Of a stretch of DNA of 33,481 nt, positions 9,280-17,986 are shown piece after piece. Origin of the DNA: a bacterium. Its GTDB lineage: Bacteria > Krumholzibacteriota > Krumholzibacteriia > LZORAL124-64-63. The translations under genes were made by a program, and so were the position numbers. The stretch is from NCBI GenBank assembly GCA_031441465.1, contig JANOEP010000068.1, forward strand, positions 1-33,481, written 5' to 3'. Positions within the stretch are counted from its first letter, which is position 1. Each line of letters starts with the position of its first letter. Under the pieces are notes generated by a model. The model was given only the letters and a program-made list of their open reading frames with translations. It did not search any database and was not told where the DNA came from.

Positions 9280-9314
9280 GCGCGGGCGGCCGGACCGCAG
9301 GGGATGCCGACGCG

Positions 9315-9923
9315 ATGACCGCTCCCGAGCTGCGCCGGATCACGGGCCTGCCCCTGTTCCCGCTGCCCGACACCTTCCTGTTCCCGGGCGCCCTGGTGCC
9401 CCTGCACGTCTTCGAGCCGCGGTACCGGCAGATGGTCGGCGACCTGCTGGACACCGCCGGACGCCTGGCGCTGGGCTGCCTGGACCCCGCCGGCGTCCCG
9501 CGACCGGTGGGGCCGGCGGTACTGCCCGTGGCCGGGCTGGGCGAGATCGTCAGCCACCGGCGGCTCGACGACGGCCGCTACCTGATCTGGCTGCTGGGGC
9601 TCGACCGCCTGCGGATCGCGGAGGCGCCGAGCGACCGCCTGTACCGCCGCGTCTTCGCCGACGTCCTGGACGACGAACCCGGCGACGCCGAACTGAACGC
9701 GAGGCTGGCCCCGCGGCTGCGCGACGCGGTCGCCTCGCGCATGCTGCCCGGCGTGCAGCTGTCCGACGGCCTGGACACCGGGCTGCTCGCCGACCTCCTC
9801 TTCCAGCACCTGCCGTTGCCGCGCGAGCGCAAGGCGTGGGCCATGGCCGAGCGGAACGTCACGCGACGAGCCGAGACGGCCTTGGCCTGGCTCGCCGGTC
9901 TCGCCGACGCGGCCGAAGCCTGA
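9315..9923 (+). CDS. Stand-alone Lon protease substrate-binding (N) domain protein
   Basis: LPLFPLP..LFPG..VPLHVFEPRYRQMV, DDGRY; no AAA+ or protease domain. Confidence 0.85.
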   Translation: MTAPELRRITGLPLFPLPDTFLFPGALVPLHVFEPRYRQMVGDLLDTAGRLALGCLDPAGVPRPVGPAVLPVAGLGEIVSHRRLDDGRYLIWLLGLDRLRIAEAPSDRLYRRVFADVLDDEPGDAELNARLAPRLRDAVASRMLPGVQLSDGLDTGLLADLLFQHLPLPRERKAWAMAERNVTRRAETALAWLAGLADAAEA

Positions 9924-9940
9924 GCGCCGACGGGAGCCCC

Positions 9941-10861
9941 ATGGACGACCTGACCCTCATCGATCTCGACCAACCGCGCCCCGGCTACCGCAAGTTCATC
10001 AGCTGCTGGCTGCGCCGCCGCGGCGCCGAGACGTACGTGGTGGACCCGGGTCCGGCGAGCACGATCCCGCACCTGGTAACGGAGCTGCGCCGCCATGGCG
10101 TGACGCGCCTGGATCGGATCCTGTTGACTCACATCCACCTCGACCACGGCGGCGGCGCCGGCCACCTCGCGGCGGCCTTCCCTGAAGCGCGGGTCGTGGT
10201 CTGGGAGGAGGCCGCCCGCCACCTGGTCGATCCGCAGCGGCTGTGGGAGGGCTCGTTGCAGGTGCTGCGCGACCTGGTGCCGCTGTTCGGGCGCCCGCTG
10301 CCGTTGCCGGCGGACCGCATCGACCCGCCGTCGTCGCTGGAGCCGCTGGGCATCCGCACCTTCCACACGCCGGGCCACGCCGCCCACCACCAGTGCTACC
10401 TCGACGACGGCACGCTGTTCGTCGGCGAGGCGGCGGGCATGACCTGCCCGACCCGCGGCGGCGCGCCGTACCTGCGGCCGGCCACGCCGCCCCGCTTCCA
10501 CCTGCCGACGGCGCTGCGGTCGCTCGACCTGCTGCTCAGGCTGGAGACGGCGCCGGCCCGCCTGGCCTGGGGGCACCACGGGACGTGCGGGGAGCCCGGC
10601 CGCTTCCTCGCGGCCGCGCGCGGCCAGCTGCTGCTGTGGACCGCGACGCTCGGCGAGTTGTGCGCGACGCACGGCCCGGCGTGGTCGCCGCAGCTTCAGG
10701 CGGCGGCGCGGCGCCGGCTGGCCGACGCCGACCCGTGGTTCGCGACCTTCGCGGACCTCGACGAGGATCTGCAGGCGCGCGAGGCCGACTTCCTGCGCAA
10801 CACGCTCGAGGGGATGCTGGGTTACCTGGCAACCGTGGAGGGGGCCGCCGCCGGCCGCTGA
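9941..10861 (+). CDS. MBL-fold metallo-hydrolase
   Basis: VDPGP, LTHIHLDHGGG (HxHxDH), TPGHAAHH, PATPP; GGGAG RBS before ATG 9941. Confidence 0.88.
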   Translation: MDDLTLIDLDQPRPGYRKFISCWLRRRGAETYVVDPGPASTIPHLVTELRRHGVTRLDRILLTHIHLDHGGGAGHLAAAFPEARVVVWEEAARHLVDPQRLWEGSLQVLRDLVPLFGRPLPLPADRIDPPSSLEPLGIRTFHTPGHAAHHQCYLDDGTLFVGEAAGMTCPTRGGAPYLRPATPPRFHLPTALRSLDLLLRLETAPARLAWGHHGTCGEPGRFLAAARGQLLLWTATLGELCATHGPAWSPQLQAAARRRLADADPWFATFADLDEDLQAREADFLRNTLEGMLGYLATVEGAAAGR

Positions 10862-10888
10862 ACCAGGCGGCTGATTGAAGTAGCATAA

Positions 10889-11034
10889 ACAGCATATATA
10901 TGCCTACTATGGCATTAATATAATATAATAGGTACATGTGTGCCGATTATAAAAAATAAATACAGTTATATTGATTAGGCCAAATACTGCCTATTAATAC
11001 TTGATTTATAATTTAAACGGCATATAATGACCGT
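10889..11034 (+). promoter_or_regulatory. AT-rich hipBA control region: four palindromic operators and a sigma70 promoter
   Basis: ACAGC-N8-GCCTA 10889, TAGGT-N8-GCCGA 10929, TAGGC-N8-GCCTA 10976, ACGGC-N8-ACCGT 11017; TTGATT(11001)-N16-TATAAT(11023). Confidence 0.7.
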
Positions 11035-11355
11035 ATGTCACAGACATCATATAGCACCCCGAACGAACTCCAGCACCGCTTAGGGGAGCGGCTGAAGCGG
11101 CTGCGCCTCGATCGCAACCTGGACCAGCGCACCACGGCCGAGAAAGCCGGGATCTCGGAACGAGCTTTGCGCAATCTTGAATCCGGGCGCGGTTCGACGG
11201 TCGAGACCCTCCTGCGCGTCTTGAAAGCGCTCGACCACCTGCAAGGCCTCGAGATGCTCGCGCCGGAAATCAGCGTCAACCCTCTCGACCTGCTGCGCCG
11301 CTCCAAGGCGCCACAACGCGCCCGGAGAGCCGCCAAACAGGTCCCGGAAAGCTGA
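11035..11355 (+). CDS. XRE-family HTH antitoxin/regulator (HipB-like)
   Basis: LGERLKRLRLDRNLDQRTTAEKAGISERALRNLESG HTH; 3 nt upstream of a HipA-family gene. Confidence 0.88.
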   Translation: MSQTSYSTPNELQHRLGERLKRLRLDRNLDQRTTAEKAGISERALRNLESGRGSTVETLLRVLKALDHLQGLEMLAPEISVNPLDLLRRSKAPQRARRAAKQVPES

Positions 11356-11358
11356 TCC

Positions 11359-12648
11359 ATGAACACCCCGGTCATCGAAGTGCGCATCTGGGGCCAACGC
11401 GTCGGCGCCGTGGCTCCCGATCCGCGCCTTGGCTGTTATGTGTTCGCCTACGAGCCCGCCTGGCGGCGCACGGGCATCGAGTTGGCGCCCTTGACCATGC
11501 CGCTGGACGACGCGCGCTCGAGCTTCGCCTTCCCCGAGCTAGCCGAACCGGGCTTCAAGCGCCTGCCGGGGCTCCTCGCCGATGCACTGCCGGATGACTT
11601 CGGCCATGCCCTCATCGATGCCTGGATGAGCGCCAAGGGCGTCGAGAAAAACGCCGTCACCACCCTCGACCGTCTGTCCTACATGGGCAAACGCGGGATG
11701 GGGGCGCTTGAATTCAAGCCCGCGCGGGGCGCCCACCGGGAGAGTGCCGAACCCCTCGAAATGAAAACACTGGTGGAAGCCGCGCGCCAGGTCATCCACG
11801 GCGACTTGTCCGGCGACATGCAGGCACAGGCCGCGTTGGCCAACATCATCCGCGTCGGCACCTCCGCCGGCGGCGCGCGCGCCAAGGCCGTGGTCGCCTG
11901 GAATCCGCAAACCGACCAGATCCGCAGCGGCCAGTTCGACGCCGCGCCCGGCTTCGATCCCTGGCTGCTCAAGTTCGACGGCGTCGGCAAGGACGCGGAG
12001 CTGGGCGGGGGCGCTCACTACGGCCGCGTCGAGTACGCCTACCATCTGATGGCCGAAGCCGCCGGCATCCGCATGTCCCGCTGCCGTCTGCTCGAAGAGA
12101 ACGGGCGCGCCCATTTCATGACCCGCCGCTTCGATCGCGACCTCGCGCAGAGCGGCACCGTCAAGCATCACGTCCAGACACTCTGCGCCATGAGCCACCT
12201 CGACTACAGGCAGCGCGCCACCCACGCCTATGCCCAACTCTTCATGGCCGTCGGGCGACTCGGATCGGGCGACGAAGCCCTCAGCCAGGCGTACCGCCGC
12301 ATGGCCTTCAACGTCATGGCCAGGAACTGCGACGATCACACCAAGAACTTCGCCTTCCGCCTCAAGCAAGGCGGAGCCTGGGAACTGGCCCCGGCCTACG
12401 ACGTGACCCATGCCTACAACCCGAAGGGTGAATGGACCGATCAGCACCAGATGAGCGTCAACGGCAAGTTCAGCGGCATCACCCGTGCCGATCTCCTGAC
12501 CGAAGCCGACCGTTTCGGCGTCCGCCGCCCGCTGGACGCCCTGGCCGACGTGCGCGCCGCGCTCGAACAATGGTCGGAGTTCGGCCGCGAAGCCGGGCTC
12601 GGCCGGCAAGTCATCGACGACCTGCGCGCCGACTTCGCAGCGGTCTGA
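11359..12648 (+). CDS. hipA: HipA-family Ser/Thr kinase toxin
   Basis: HipA N-domain (GLLADALPDDFG, GMGALEF), GTSAGGARAK P-loop, WLLKFD, VEYAY, RRFDR, RNCDDHTKNF catalytic loop, LAPAYD. Confidence 0.92.
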   Translation: MNTPVIEVRIWGQRVGAVAPDPRLGCYVFAYEPAWRRTGIELAPLTMPLDDARSSFAFPELAEPGFKRLPGLLADALPDDFGHALIDAWMSAKGVEKNAVTTLDRLSYMGKRGMGALEFKPARGAHRESAEPLEMKTLVEAARQVIHGDLSGDMQAQAALANIIRVGTSAGGARAKAVVAWNPQTDQIRSGQFDAAPGFDPWLLKFDGVGKDAELGGGAHYGRVEYAYHLMAEAAGIRMSRCRLLEENGRAHFMTRRFDRDLAQSGTVKHHVQTLCAMSHLDYRQRATHAYAQLFMAVGRLGSGDEALSQAYRRMAFNVMARNCDDHTKNFAFRLKQGGAWELAPAYDVTHAYNPKGEWTDQHQMSVNGKFSGITRADLLTEADRFGVRRPLDALADVRAALEQWSEFGREAGLGRQVIDDLRADFAAV

Positions 12649-12677
12649 AGGCGGTCCACTCCCGCGAACATCTCCGG

Positions 12678-12920
12678 TCAGGCCCACTCGTCGAGCAGCA
12701 GGCCGGTCAGGCGGTCCGCGGTCCGCAGAACCGCGGCGTTGGTCTCGAAGGATCGCAGGGCCTGTTGGGCCTCGATGACGTCGCGCACCAGGTCCGCCGG
12801 CGCGGGACCCCGGGGGGAATCGGTGGTCCGCCACCGCGCCACGCGCTCGGCGACGCCGGCCAGACGGTCCTGCTGGGCCATCATGGCGGACATGGCGTTG
12901 GCGACGGCCTGGATGCTCAC
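12678..12920 (-). CDS. Small protein with flagellar basal-body rod/hook C-terminal-like domain
   Basis: DLVRDVIEAQQALRSFETNAAVLRTADRLTGLLLD resembles the Flg_bbr_C pattern; GTG start with GGGAGG RBS; sigma28-like promoter upstream. Confidence 0.7.
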   Translation of the reverse strand: MSIQAVANAMSAMMAQQDRLAGVAERVARWRTTDSPRGPAPADLVRDVIEAQQALRSFETNAAVLRTADRLTGLLLDEWA

Positions 12921-12940
12921 GGCAGAACCTCCCGCCTACG

Positions 12941-12967
12941 CCATCGGCACCTCGGGCTGTAACTTGA
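12941..12967 (-). promoter_or_regulatory. Putative sigma28 (FliA) promoter
   Basis: Minus strand reads TCAA-N15-GCCGATGG, close to TAAA/TCAAG...GCCGATAA, 20 nt upstream of the GTG. Confidence 0.6.
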
Positions 12968-13059
12968 GCAGATTGTGCCCGGCTCCTCAACTCGTTGCCC
13001 TGAAAGAAGAAACCTCTGTCGTCGTCGATGGCGGGGCTTTCCGGCCGGGTTGGAATCGC

Positions 13060-13085
13060 TGCAACATCCGGCCGTTTGGGACGTA
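13060..13085 (+). promoter_or_regulatory. Putative ECF-sigma promoter
   Basis: TGCAAC-N16-CGTA, similar to the SigW-type TGAAAC-N16-CGTA. Confidence 0.4.
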
Positions 13086-13191
13086 GTTGCCCAAGTTGGT
13101 TCCGCTCGATCGCCGTTCATGACGATGGTCGGCACGATCGACCAAGGTGGAGCAGGAATCACCGCCGTACCCGAGAGGAGTGAACACGACC

Positions 13192-13329
13192 ATGGCCAAG
13201 AAAATCCTGATCGGCATGCTGGCTGTCTTCACCGTCATCGTGATCGCATCGGCCGGCTACGAGTTCGGCACGCACCTCGCCAAGACCAAGACACCCAGCG
13301 CCGACGTTGGCAATTCGGGATCGGCCTGA
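13192..13329 (+). CDS. 45-aa single-pass membrane or exported mini-protein
   Basis: MAKKILIGMLAVFTVIVIASAGYEFGTHLAK...; GAGGAG RBS; GC3-rich codons; GC hairpin downstream at ~13343-13361. Confidence 0.65.
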   Translation: MAKKILIGMLAVFTVIVIASAGYEFGTHLAKTKTPSADVGNSGSA

Positions 13330-13543
13330 CGATTTGTTCCAGCCGGCCCCGAGCGGGGCGGCGCAACTCAATCTGCGGTCTCCATCAGAGCAGGACAGAC
13401 GCGATGGAACGGATTCATGCTGGATGGATGGCGATCTCAAATGGCTCCGGTCGCGTGGTCAAGGATGCCGACGACCTGATCGGCGGTCTGCGTTAGCACG
13501 GCCGGCAGCCGCGTGCGACCGTCCTCGCCGGTCGGGACGCAGG

Positions 13544-13572
13544 TGGACACTCGGCCGAAGTCCGTTTATATT
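13544..13572 (+). promoter_or_regulatory. Putative sigma70 promoter for mlaEFD (near-leaderless)
   Basis: TGGACA-N17-TATATT ending 9 nt before ATG 13582; no SD sequence. Confidence 0.45.
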
Positions 13573-13581
13573 CGGGCCGTT

Positions 13582-14370
13582 ATGACAGCCATCCTCTTCG
13601 GAATCGGCGATTGGACCCTGGCCGCCCTGGCCAGCGCAGGCCGTGGCAGCCTGCTGCTGCTGGAAATCCTCAAGCAATTCCCCCACATCCCGCGGATGCG
13701 CCGGCAGGTGTTCGAGCAGATGCACATCGTCGCCGTGGGGTCGCTGCCGCTGGTGCTGACGACCTCGATCTTCGTGGGCGCGGTGACGGCGGTGCAGGCC
13801 GTCTACCAGATGCAGGCCTACGTCCCGATGAAGTTCCTCGGCACGGTCATCTCGAAGTCCGTCTTCATCGAACTGGGGCCGGTGCTGGTGGCCCTGGTCG
13901 TCGGCGGGCGGCTGTGCGCCAACTACGCCGCCGAGCTGGGCACCATGAAGGTGACCGAACAGCTCGACGCGCTGGAGATGCTGGCCATCGACCCGATGCG
14001 CTACCTGGCGATGCCGCGCTTCGTGGCGACGTTCCTGATGCTGCCGGTGATCACCGTCTTCGCCGACGCCATCGCCATCGTCAGCGGCTACTTCGTCTCG
14101 GTCGCGACCATGGACGTCACCATCAGCACCTTCAAGGAAGGCCTGCTGATGTACTTCGACCTGGCCGACCTGTTCAGCGGTCTGCTGAAATCCTTCTTCT
14201 TCGGCGGGATCATCGCGCTGTCGGGGCTCTACTTCGGCCTGAACACCCGCGGCGGCGCCGAGGGCGTGGGCAACGCGACGATGATGGCCGTGGTCGGCAG
14301 CTGCCTGAGCGTGCTGGTGGCGGACTATTTCCTGGCCACCTTCCTGTTCCAGATCGTCTTCGGAAAGTGA
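13582..14370 (+). CDS. mlaE: MlaE family lipid ABC transporter permease
   Basis: ELGPVL..LVVGGR, AAELGTMKVTEQLDALEMLAIDP..YLAMPR, GGAEGVGNAT. Confidence 0.93.
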   Translation: MTAILFGIGDWTLAALASAGRGSLLLLEILKQFPHIPRMRRQVFEQMHIVAVGSLPLVLTTSIFVGAVTAVQAVYQMQAYVPMKFLGTVISKSVFIELGPVLVALVVGGRLCANYAAELGTMKVTEQLDALEMLAIDPMRYLAMPRFVATFLMLPVITVFADAIAIVSGYFVSVATMDVTISTFKEGLLMYFDLADLFSGLLKSFFFGGIIALSGLYFGLNTRGGAEGVGNATMMAVVGSCLSVLVADYFLATFLFQIVFGK

Positions 14371-14374
14371 CGTG

Positions 14375-15187
14375 ATGACGAGTCCCCTGAGCATCCCCGC
14401 CCCGCCCGATTTCCACGTCGCGGACCCCGCCGCGCGCCAGGGGATCACGATGCAGGGCGTGACCAAGACCTTCCAGGGCCGCAAGGTGCTCGACGGGCTG
14501 GACTTCTCGATCGCGCGCGGCGAGACGGTGGTGATCATCGGGCGCAGCGGCGAGGGCAAATCCGTGTTGCTGAAGCACATCGTCCGGCTGCTGGAGCCCG
14601 ACGCCGGATCGATCTGGATCGACGGCGCCGAGATCACCGCCCTGCCGCGCGAAGGGCTGTTCGAGCTGCGCAAGCGCTTCGGCATGCTGTTCCAGGGCGC
14701 CGCTCTGTTCGACTCGATGACCATCTGCGAGAATGTCGGCCTCGGCCTGTCCGAGCACTCGGGCCTGCCGCCGCAGGAGATCCGCGAACGCGCCTGCAGT
14801 TGCCTGGCGATGGTCGGCCTCTCGCAGGTCGAGGACAAGCTGCCGTCGGAGCTGTCCGGGGGGATGAAGAAGCGCGCCGGGCTGGCGCGCGCCATCGCCA
14901 TGAAGCCCGACTACATCCTCTACGACGAACCGACCACCGGCCTGGACCCGATCACCGGCGACGCGATCAACGATCTGATCCTGAAGCTCCAGCAGGAGCT
15001 GCACGTGACGTCCGTCGTGGTGACCCACGACATGGCCAGCGCGTTCAAGATCGCCGACCGCGTCGCCATGCTCAGCCGCGGCCGCATCATCTACGCCGGT
15101 TCGGTCGACGAGATCCGCAACACGGACCACCCGATGGTCCGGCAGTTCATCGAAGGCAGCGCGCAGGGGCCGCTGGACGTGTTCTAG
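14375..15187 (+). CDS. mlaF: MlaF family ABC transporter ATP-binding protein
   Basis: GRSGEGKS, FQGAALFDS, LSGGMKKRAGLARA, LYDEPTTGLDP, VVTHD. Confidence 0.93.
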   Translation: MTSPLSIPAPPDFHVADPAARQGITMQGVTKTFQGRKVLDGLDFSIARGETVVIIGRSGEGKSVLLKHIVRLLEPDAGSIWIDGAEITALPREGLFELRKRFGMLFQGAALFDSMTICENVGLGLSEHSGLPPQEIRERACSCLAMVGLSQVEDKLPSELSGGMKKRAGLARAIAMKPDYILYDEPTTGLDPITGDAINDLILKLQQELHVTSVVVTHDMASAFKIADRVAMLSRGRIIYAGSVDEIRNTDHPMVRQFIEGSAQGPLDVF

Positions 15188-15225
15188 TTTCCTGGTCCAG
15201 CGCCGTCGCGGTGCGGGAGGTGCCC

Positions 15226-16125
15226 ATGGGGACGAAGGGTAAGAAGCGGGAAATCCAGGTCGGCGTGACGGTGATCGTCTCGCTGGTGGTGCTGATCTGG
15301 GGCATGCTCTGGTTCAAGCAGGTGCGGTTCGCCGGCGGCGTCGAGCACTACGCCGTGGAGTTCTCCTCGGTGGGCGGCCTGCAGTCCCACGACCGCGTCC
15401 AGGTGCGCGGCATCAGGCTGGGCGCGGTCGAGGACTTCGCGATGATCGGCGACAAGGTTCGCGTCGACTTCTACGTGGAGCCCGACGCCGGGCTCACCCA
15501 GGACTCCCGCATCACGCTGACCAGCATGGGCATCGTCGGCGAGATGCTGATCGAGATCACGCCGGGCACCGGCCCCGCGGCGCCGGCGGGCCACGTCTTC
15601 CGGGGCGAGGTGCTCAAGGACATGGGCGCCATGATGAACGAGGGCGCCGCCACCCTGGAGGAGGCGCGGACGCTGACCCGCGAGCTGACCGCCTTCATGC
15701 AGGAGGTGCGCGAGGGCGACCGCATCGGCGCCATCATGGACGACACCCGGATCACCATGGCGTCCCTGCGCTCCACGAACGAGGAGCTGACTCCCGAGGT
15801 GAAGCACCTGGTCGCGGACCTGAGGGCCACCACCGCGGCGGTGCGCACGGCCGTCGCCGGTCCCGACAGCCTGCTTGCGGGGACCATGCGGAGCGCCGGC
15901 GTGACGCTGTCCCGCGTGGACTCGCTGACCATCCTGCTGGCGCGGACCACCACGTCGCTGGCGGCGCTCGTGGAGCGGCTGGAGTCCGGCGAGGGCACGG
16001 CGGGGCGCATGCTGAAGGATGATTCCTTGTACGCGCAGGCGGAATCGACCATCGTTGCCGTGCAGGACCTGATCGCCGACGTCAAGGCGCGGCCCAAACG
16101 CTACTTCCACATGAGCCTGTTCTAG
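15226..16125 (+). CDS. mlaD: MlaD/MCE family protein
   Basis: N-terminal TM helix, VGGL...VQVRGIRLGAV MCE domain, helical tail ending GTAGRMLKDDSLY...PKRYF; GGGAGG RBS. Confidence 0.9.
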   Translation: MGTKGKKREIQVGVTVIVSLVVLIWGMLWFKQVRFAGGVEHYAVEFSSVGGLQSHDRVQVRGIRLGAVEDFAMIGDKVRVDFYVEPDAGLTQDSRITLTSMGIVGEMLIEITPGTGPAAPAGHVFRGEVLKDMGAMMNEGAATLEEARTLTRELTAFMQEVREGDRIGAIMDDTRITMASLRSTNEELTPEVKHLVADLRATTAAVRTAVAGPDSLLAGTMRSAGVTLSRVDSLTILLARTTTSLAALVERLESGEGTAGRMLKDDSLYAQAESTIVAVQDLIADVKARPKRYFHMSLF

Positions 16126-16162
16126 CCCGGATCCGGAATCCGGCGGAGACCGAGGAGGAGAC

Positions 16163-16672
16163 ATGGACCCCAGACAGCAGCGGATGATCGAGGCCGTCAA
16201 GAACGCCATCATGACCGAGATCAAGGGGCAGCAGCTCTACTCCCACGCCGCCGCCACAACGCAGGACCCCTCCGCGAAAGCGATGTTCACCGCGCTGGCC
16301 CGCGACGAGGACGAGCACGTGGCGTTGCTGCAGGCGCAGCACAAGAGCCTGGTGGAAGCCGGCCGCATCGACCTGTCGCAGGTCCATCCCGCCGAGATGG
16401 ACCACGGCGCCGGCCACGTCATCGATGACTCCTTCCGCAAGTCGATCAAACGCGGCACCTTCGAGATGGCCGTGATCGGCATCGGCTGCGACCTCGAGAA
16501 CAAGGCCATCAACTACTACCGCGATCAGGCCGCCAAGTCCGACGATCCCGACCTCAAGCAGCTCTTCACCTGGCTGGGCGAGTGGGAGGTCGGGCACCTC
16601 GAGCAGCTGGTCGAGCTGGAGAAGATGATGCAGGACGAGTACTGGGCGGATCAGGGGTTCGCGCCCATGTAG
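16163..16672 (+). CDS. Ferritin-like/rubrerythrin family di-iron protein
   Basis: Duplicated E...Y...ExxH motifs (TEIKG..LY..DEDEH; LENKA..YY..WEVGH); GAGGAGGAG RBS. Confidence 0.85.
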   Translation: MDPRQQRMIEAVKNAIMTEIKGQQLYSHAAATTQDPSAKAMFTALARDEDEHVALLQAQHKSLVEAGRIDLSQVHPAEMDHGAGHVIDDSFRKSIKRGTFEMAVIGIGCDLENKAINYYRDQAAKSDDPDLKQLFTWLGEWEVGHLEQLVELEKMMQDEYWADQGFAPM

Positions 16673-16701
16673 GCCGGATCGCCGCCGTTCCATGTCACGA
16701 A

Positions 16702-16729
16702 GAGGGCCGACCCGCGGGGGCCGGCCCTC
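16702..16729. terminator. GC-rich hairpin between convergent genes
   Basis: GAGGGCCG-ACCC...GGGC-CGGCCCTC inverted repeat between stops at 16672 and 16749; no clear U-tract. Confidence 0.45.
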
Positions 16730-16748
16730 ACGCATCCGGGACTCGGGT

Positions 16749-17735
16749 TCACCAGGCAAGTGTCACGCCGGCCATCACCGACGTGAGCGTGGGGTCGGCC
16801 TCGGCCAGGCGCTGGATGTTGCCGTGGCGCCGGTACTCGAGCCGGCCCGCGACGTTGGGGCCGAAGTCCGCCTCGACGCCGCCGCCGAGGCCGCCGCCCA
16901 GGAAATCCTCGCGCCACCAGTAGCCGCCCAGGGAGCCGACGACGTACGGCCGGACGGCGCCGGTCGTGAGGTTGGCCTGCAGCAGCGCCCCCAGCAGATG
17001 GCACGCCGCGTCGCTCGTATACCAGTACCCGCCGTCGGGGCCGGGCAGCGCTGGCTCGCGGGCGTCGAAATGCGCGTACTCCAGCGCGACTGTCCAGCGC
17101 GGCGACAATTCGGACCGCCAGCGCAACCCGACCGCCAGGCCGTCCTTGCCCGGCCACCCGTCGCCGTCGCCGGTCCCGGAGCCCAGCAGCAGTTCCACGC
17201 CGCCGGTGCGCAGCGGCCGGCTCGCGGCGGATCCGCCGCCATCCGCCGGCCAGTCCGGCCGCGCCCAGAGCAATTCCCATTTCGGCAGCGACGAGCCGGT
17301 CACGCCGCCCACCAGCGCGCCGATGCCCGCGCCGGTTCCCGTCAACCCCAGCATCATCGTGACGGCCGCTCTGTCGTCGATCCCATCGTCGTCCATGGCG
17401 TTGAACAGGATGACGAGTCCGGCCATGCTGAGGCTGCCGGCGATGCCGCCGGTCAGGGCGCCGGCTTTGACGCCGCCGGCGGTGCGGCGTTCCCGGAGCC
17501 AAAGCGCGGACGCGTCGCCTTCGACGCAGGACGCCGCGGTGCCGTCCTGCTGGATCAGCTTCAGGCGATCGCCGTCCCAGCCGGCGACGCGGCCTTCCCG
17601 GGTGGTCCCGTCCAGCAGCGCCACCCGGACCGCGGCGCCGTCGGACAGGGCGCCGCAGACCTCGGTGAAATCAGCGGCGGCGGACGCGGAAGCCAGCAAT
17701 ACGGAGAGCGACAGCGCGCAGAGGATGCGGTTCAA
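16749..17735 (-). CDS. Exported protein with glycine-zipper segment and C-terminal outer-membrane beta-barrel
   Basis: TTG start overlapping the upstream stop (TTGA); signal peptide NRILCALSLSVLLASASAAA; GAGIGALVGG zipper; VRPYVVG, terminal VTLAW. Confidence 0.7.
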   Translation of the reverse strand: MNRILCALSLSVLLASASAAADFTEVCGALSDGAAVRVALLDGTTREGRVAGWDGDRLKLIQQDGTAASCVEGDASALWLRERRTAGGVKAGALTGGIAGSLSMAGLVILFNAMDDDGIDDRAAVTMMLGLTGTGAGIGALVGGVTGSSLPKWELLWARPDWPADGGGSAASRPLRTGGVELLLGSGTGDGDGWPGKDGLAVGLRWRSELSPRWTVALEYAHFDAREPALPGPDGGYWYTSDAACHLLGALLQANLTTGAVRPYVVGSLGGYWWREDFLGGGLGGGVEADFGPNVAGRLEYRRHGNIQRLAEADPTLTSVMAGVTLAW

Positions 17736-17986
17736 GCTGCGCCCCTTCGCCGGCGCGCGCGGACGAGGCCCCACAGGCTCAGCACGAGCCAGGCGGACTC
17801 GATCGCCGCGCTCGACAGGTTGAAGTCGTAGAACAGTGAGACCAGGATCAGCCCGGAGCCGATGGCGTTCGCCAGCGAGTAGCGGGGATCTTCCTGGCGC
17901 AGGCGGCCGGACTGCAGCAGCGCATAAGCGGCGAGCGTCAGCGCGACGCCCACCAGGCCGGCCAGGTCCGGCGGCCCGGGGATCAC
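17732..17986 (-). CDS. CBU_0592-like small membrane protein
   Basis: GLVGVALTLAAYALLQSG...YSLANAIGSGLILVSL.YDFNLSSAAIESAW; GTGA overlap with the patatin stop. Confidence 0.75.
   Translation of the reverse strand: MIPGPPDLAGLVGVALTLAAYALLQSGRLRQEDPRYSLANAIGSGLILVSLFYDFNLSSAAIESAWLVLSLWGLVRARRRRGAA

Noticed and set aside
10875..11034. AT-rich patch as the DNA unwinding element for the DnaA-box cluster
   Set aside because: It is ~3 kb away across three genes and is explained by the hipBA promoter and operators.
10862..12677. Direct repeats or att sites flanking hipBA
   Set aside because: Only short GC-rich similarities (GCGG..TGAAG), not distinguishable from chance.
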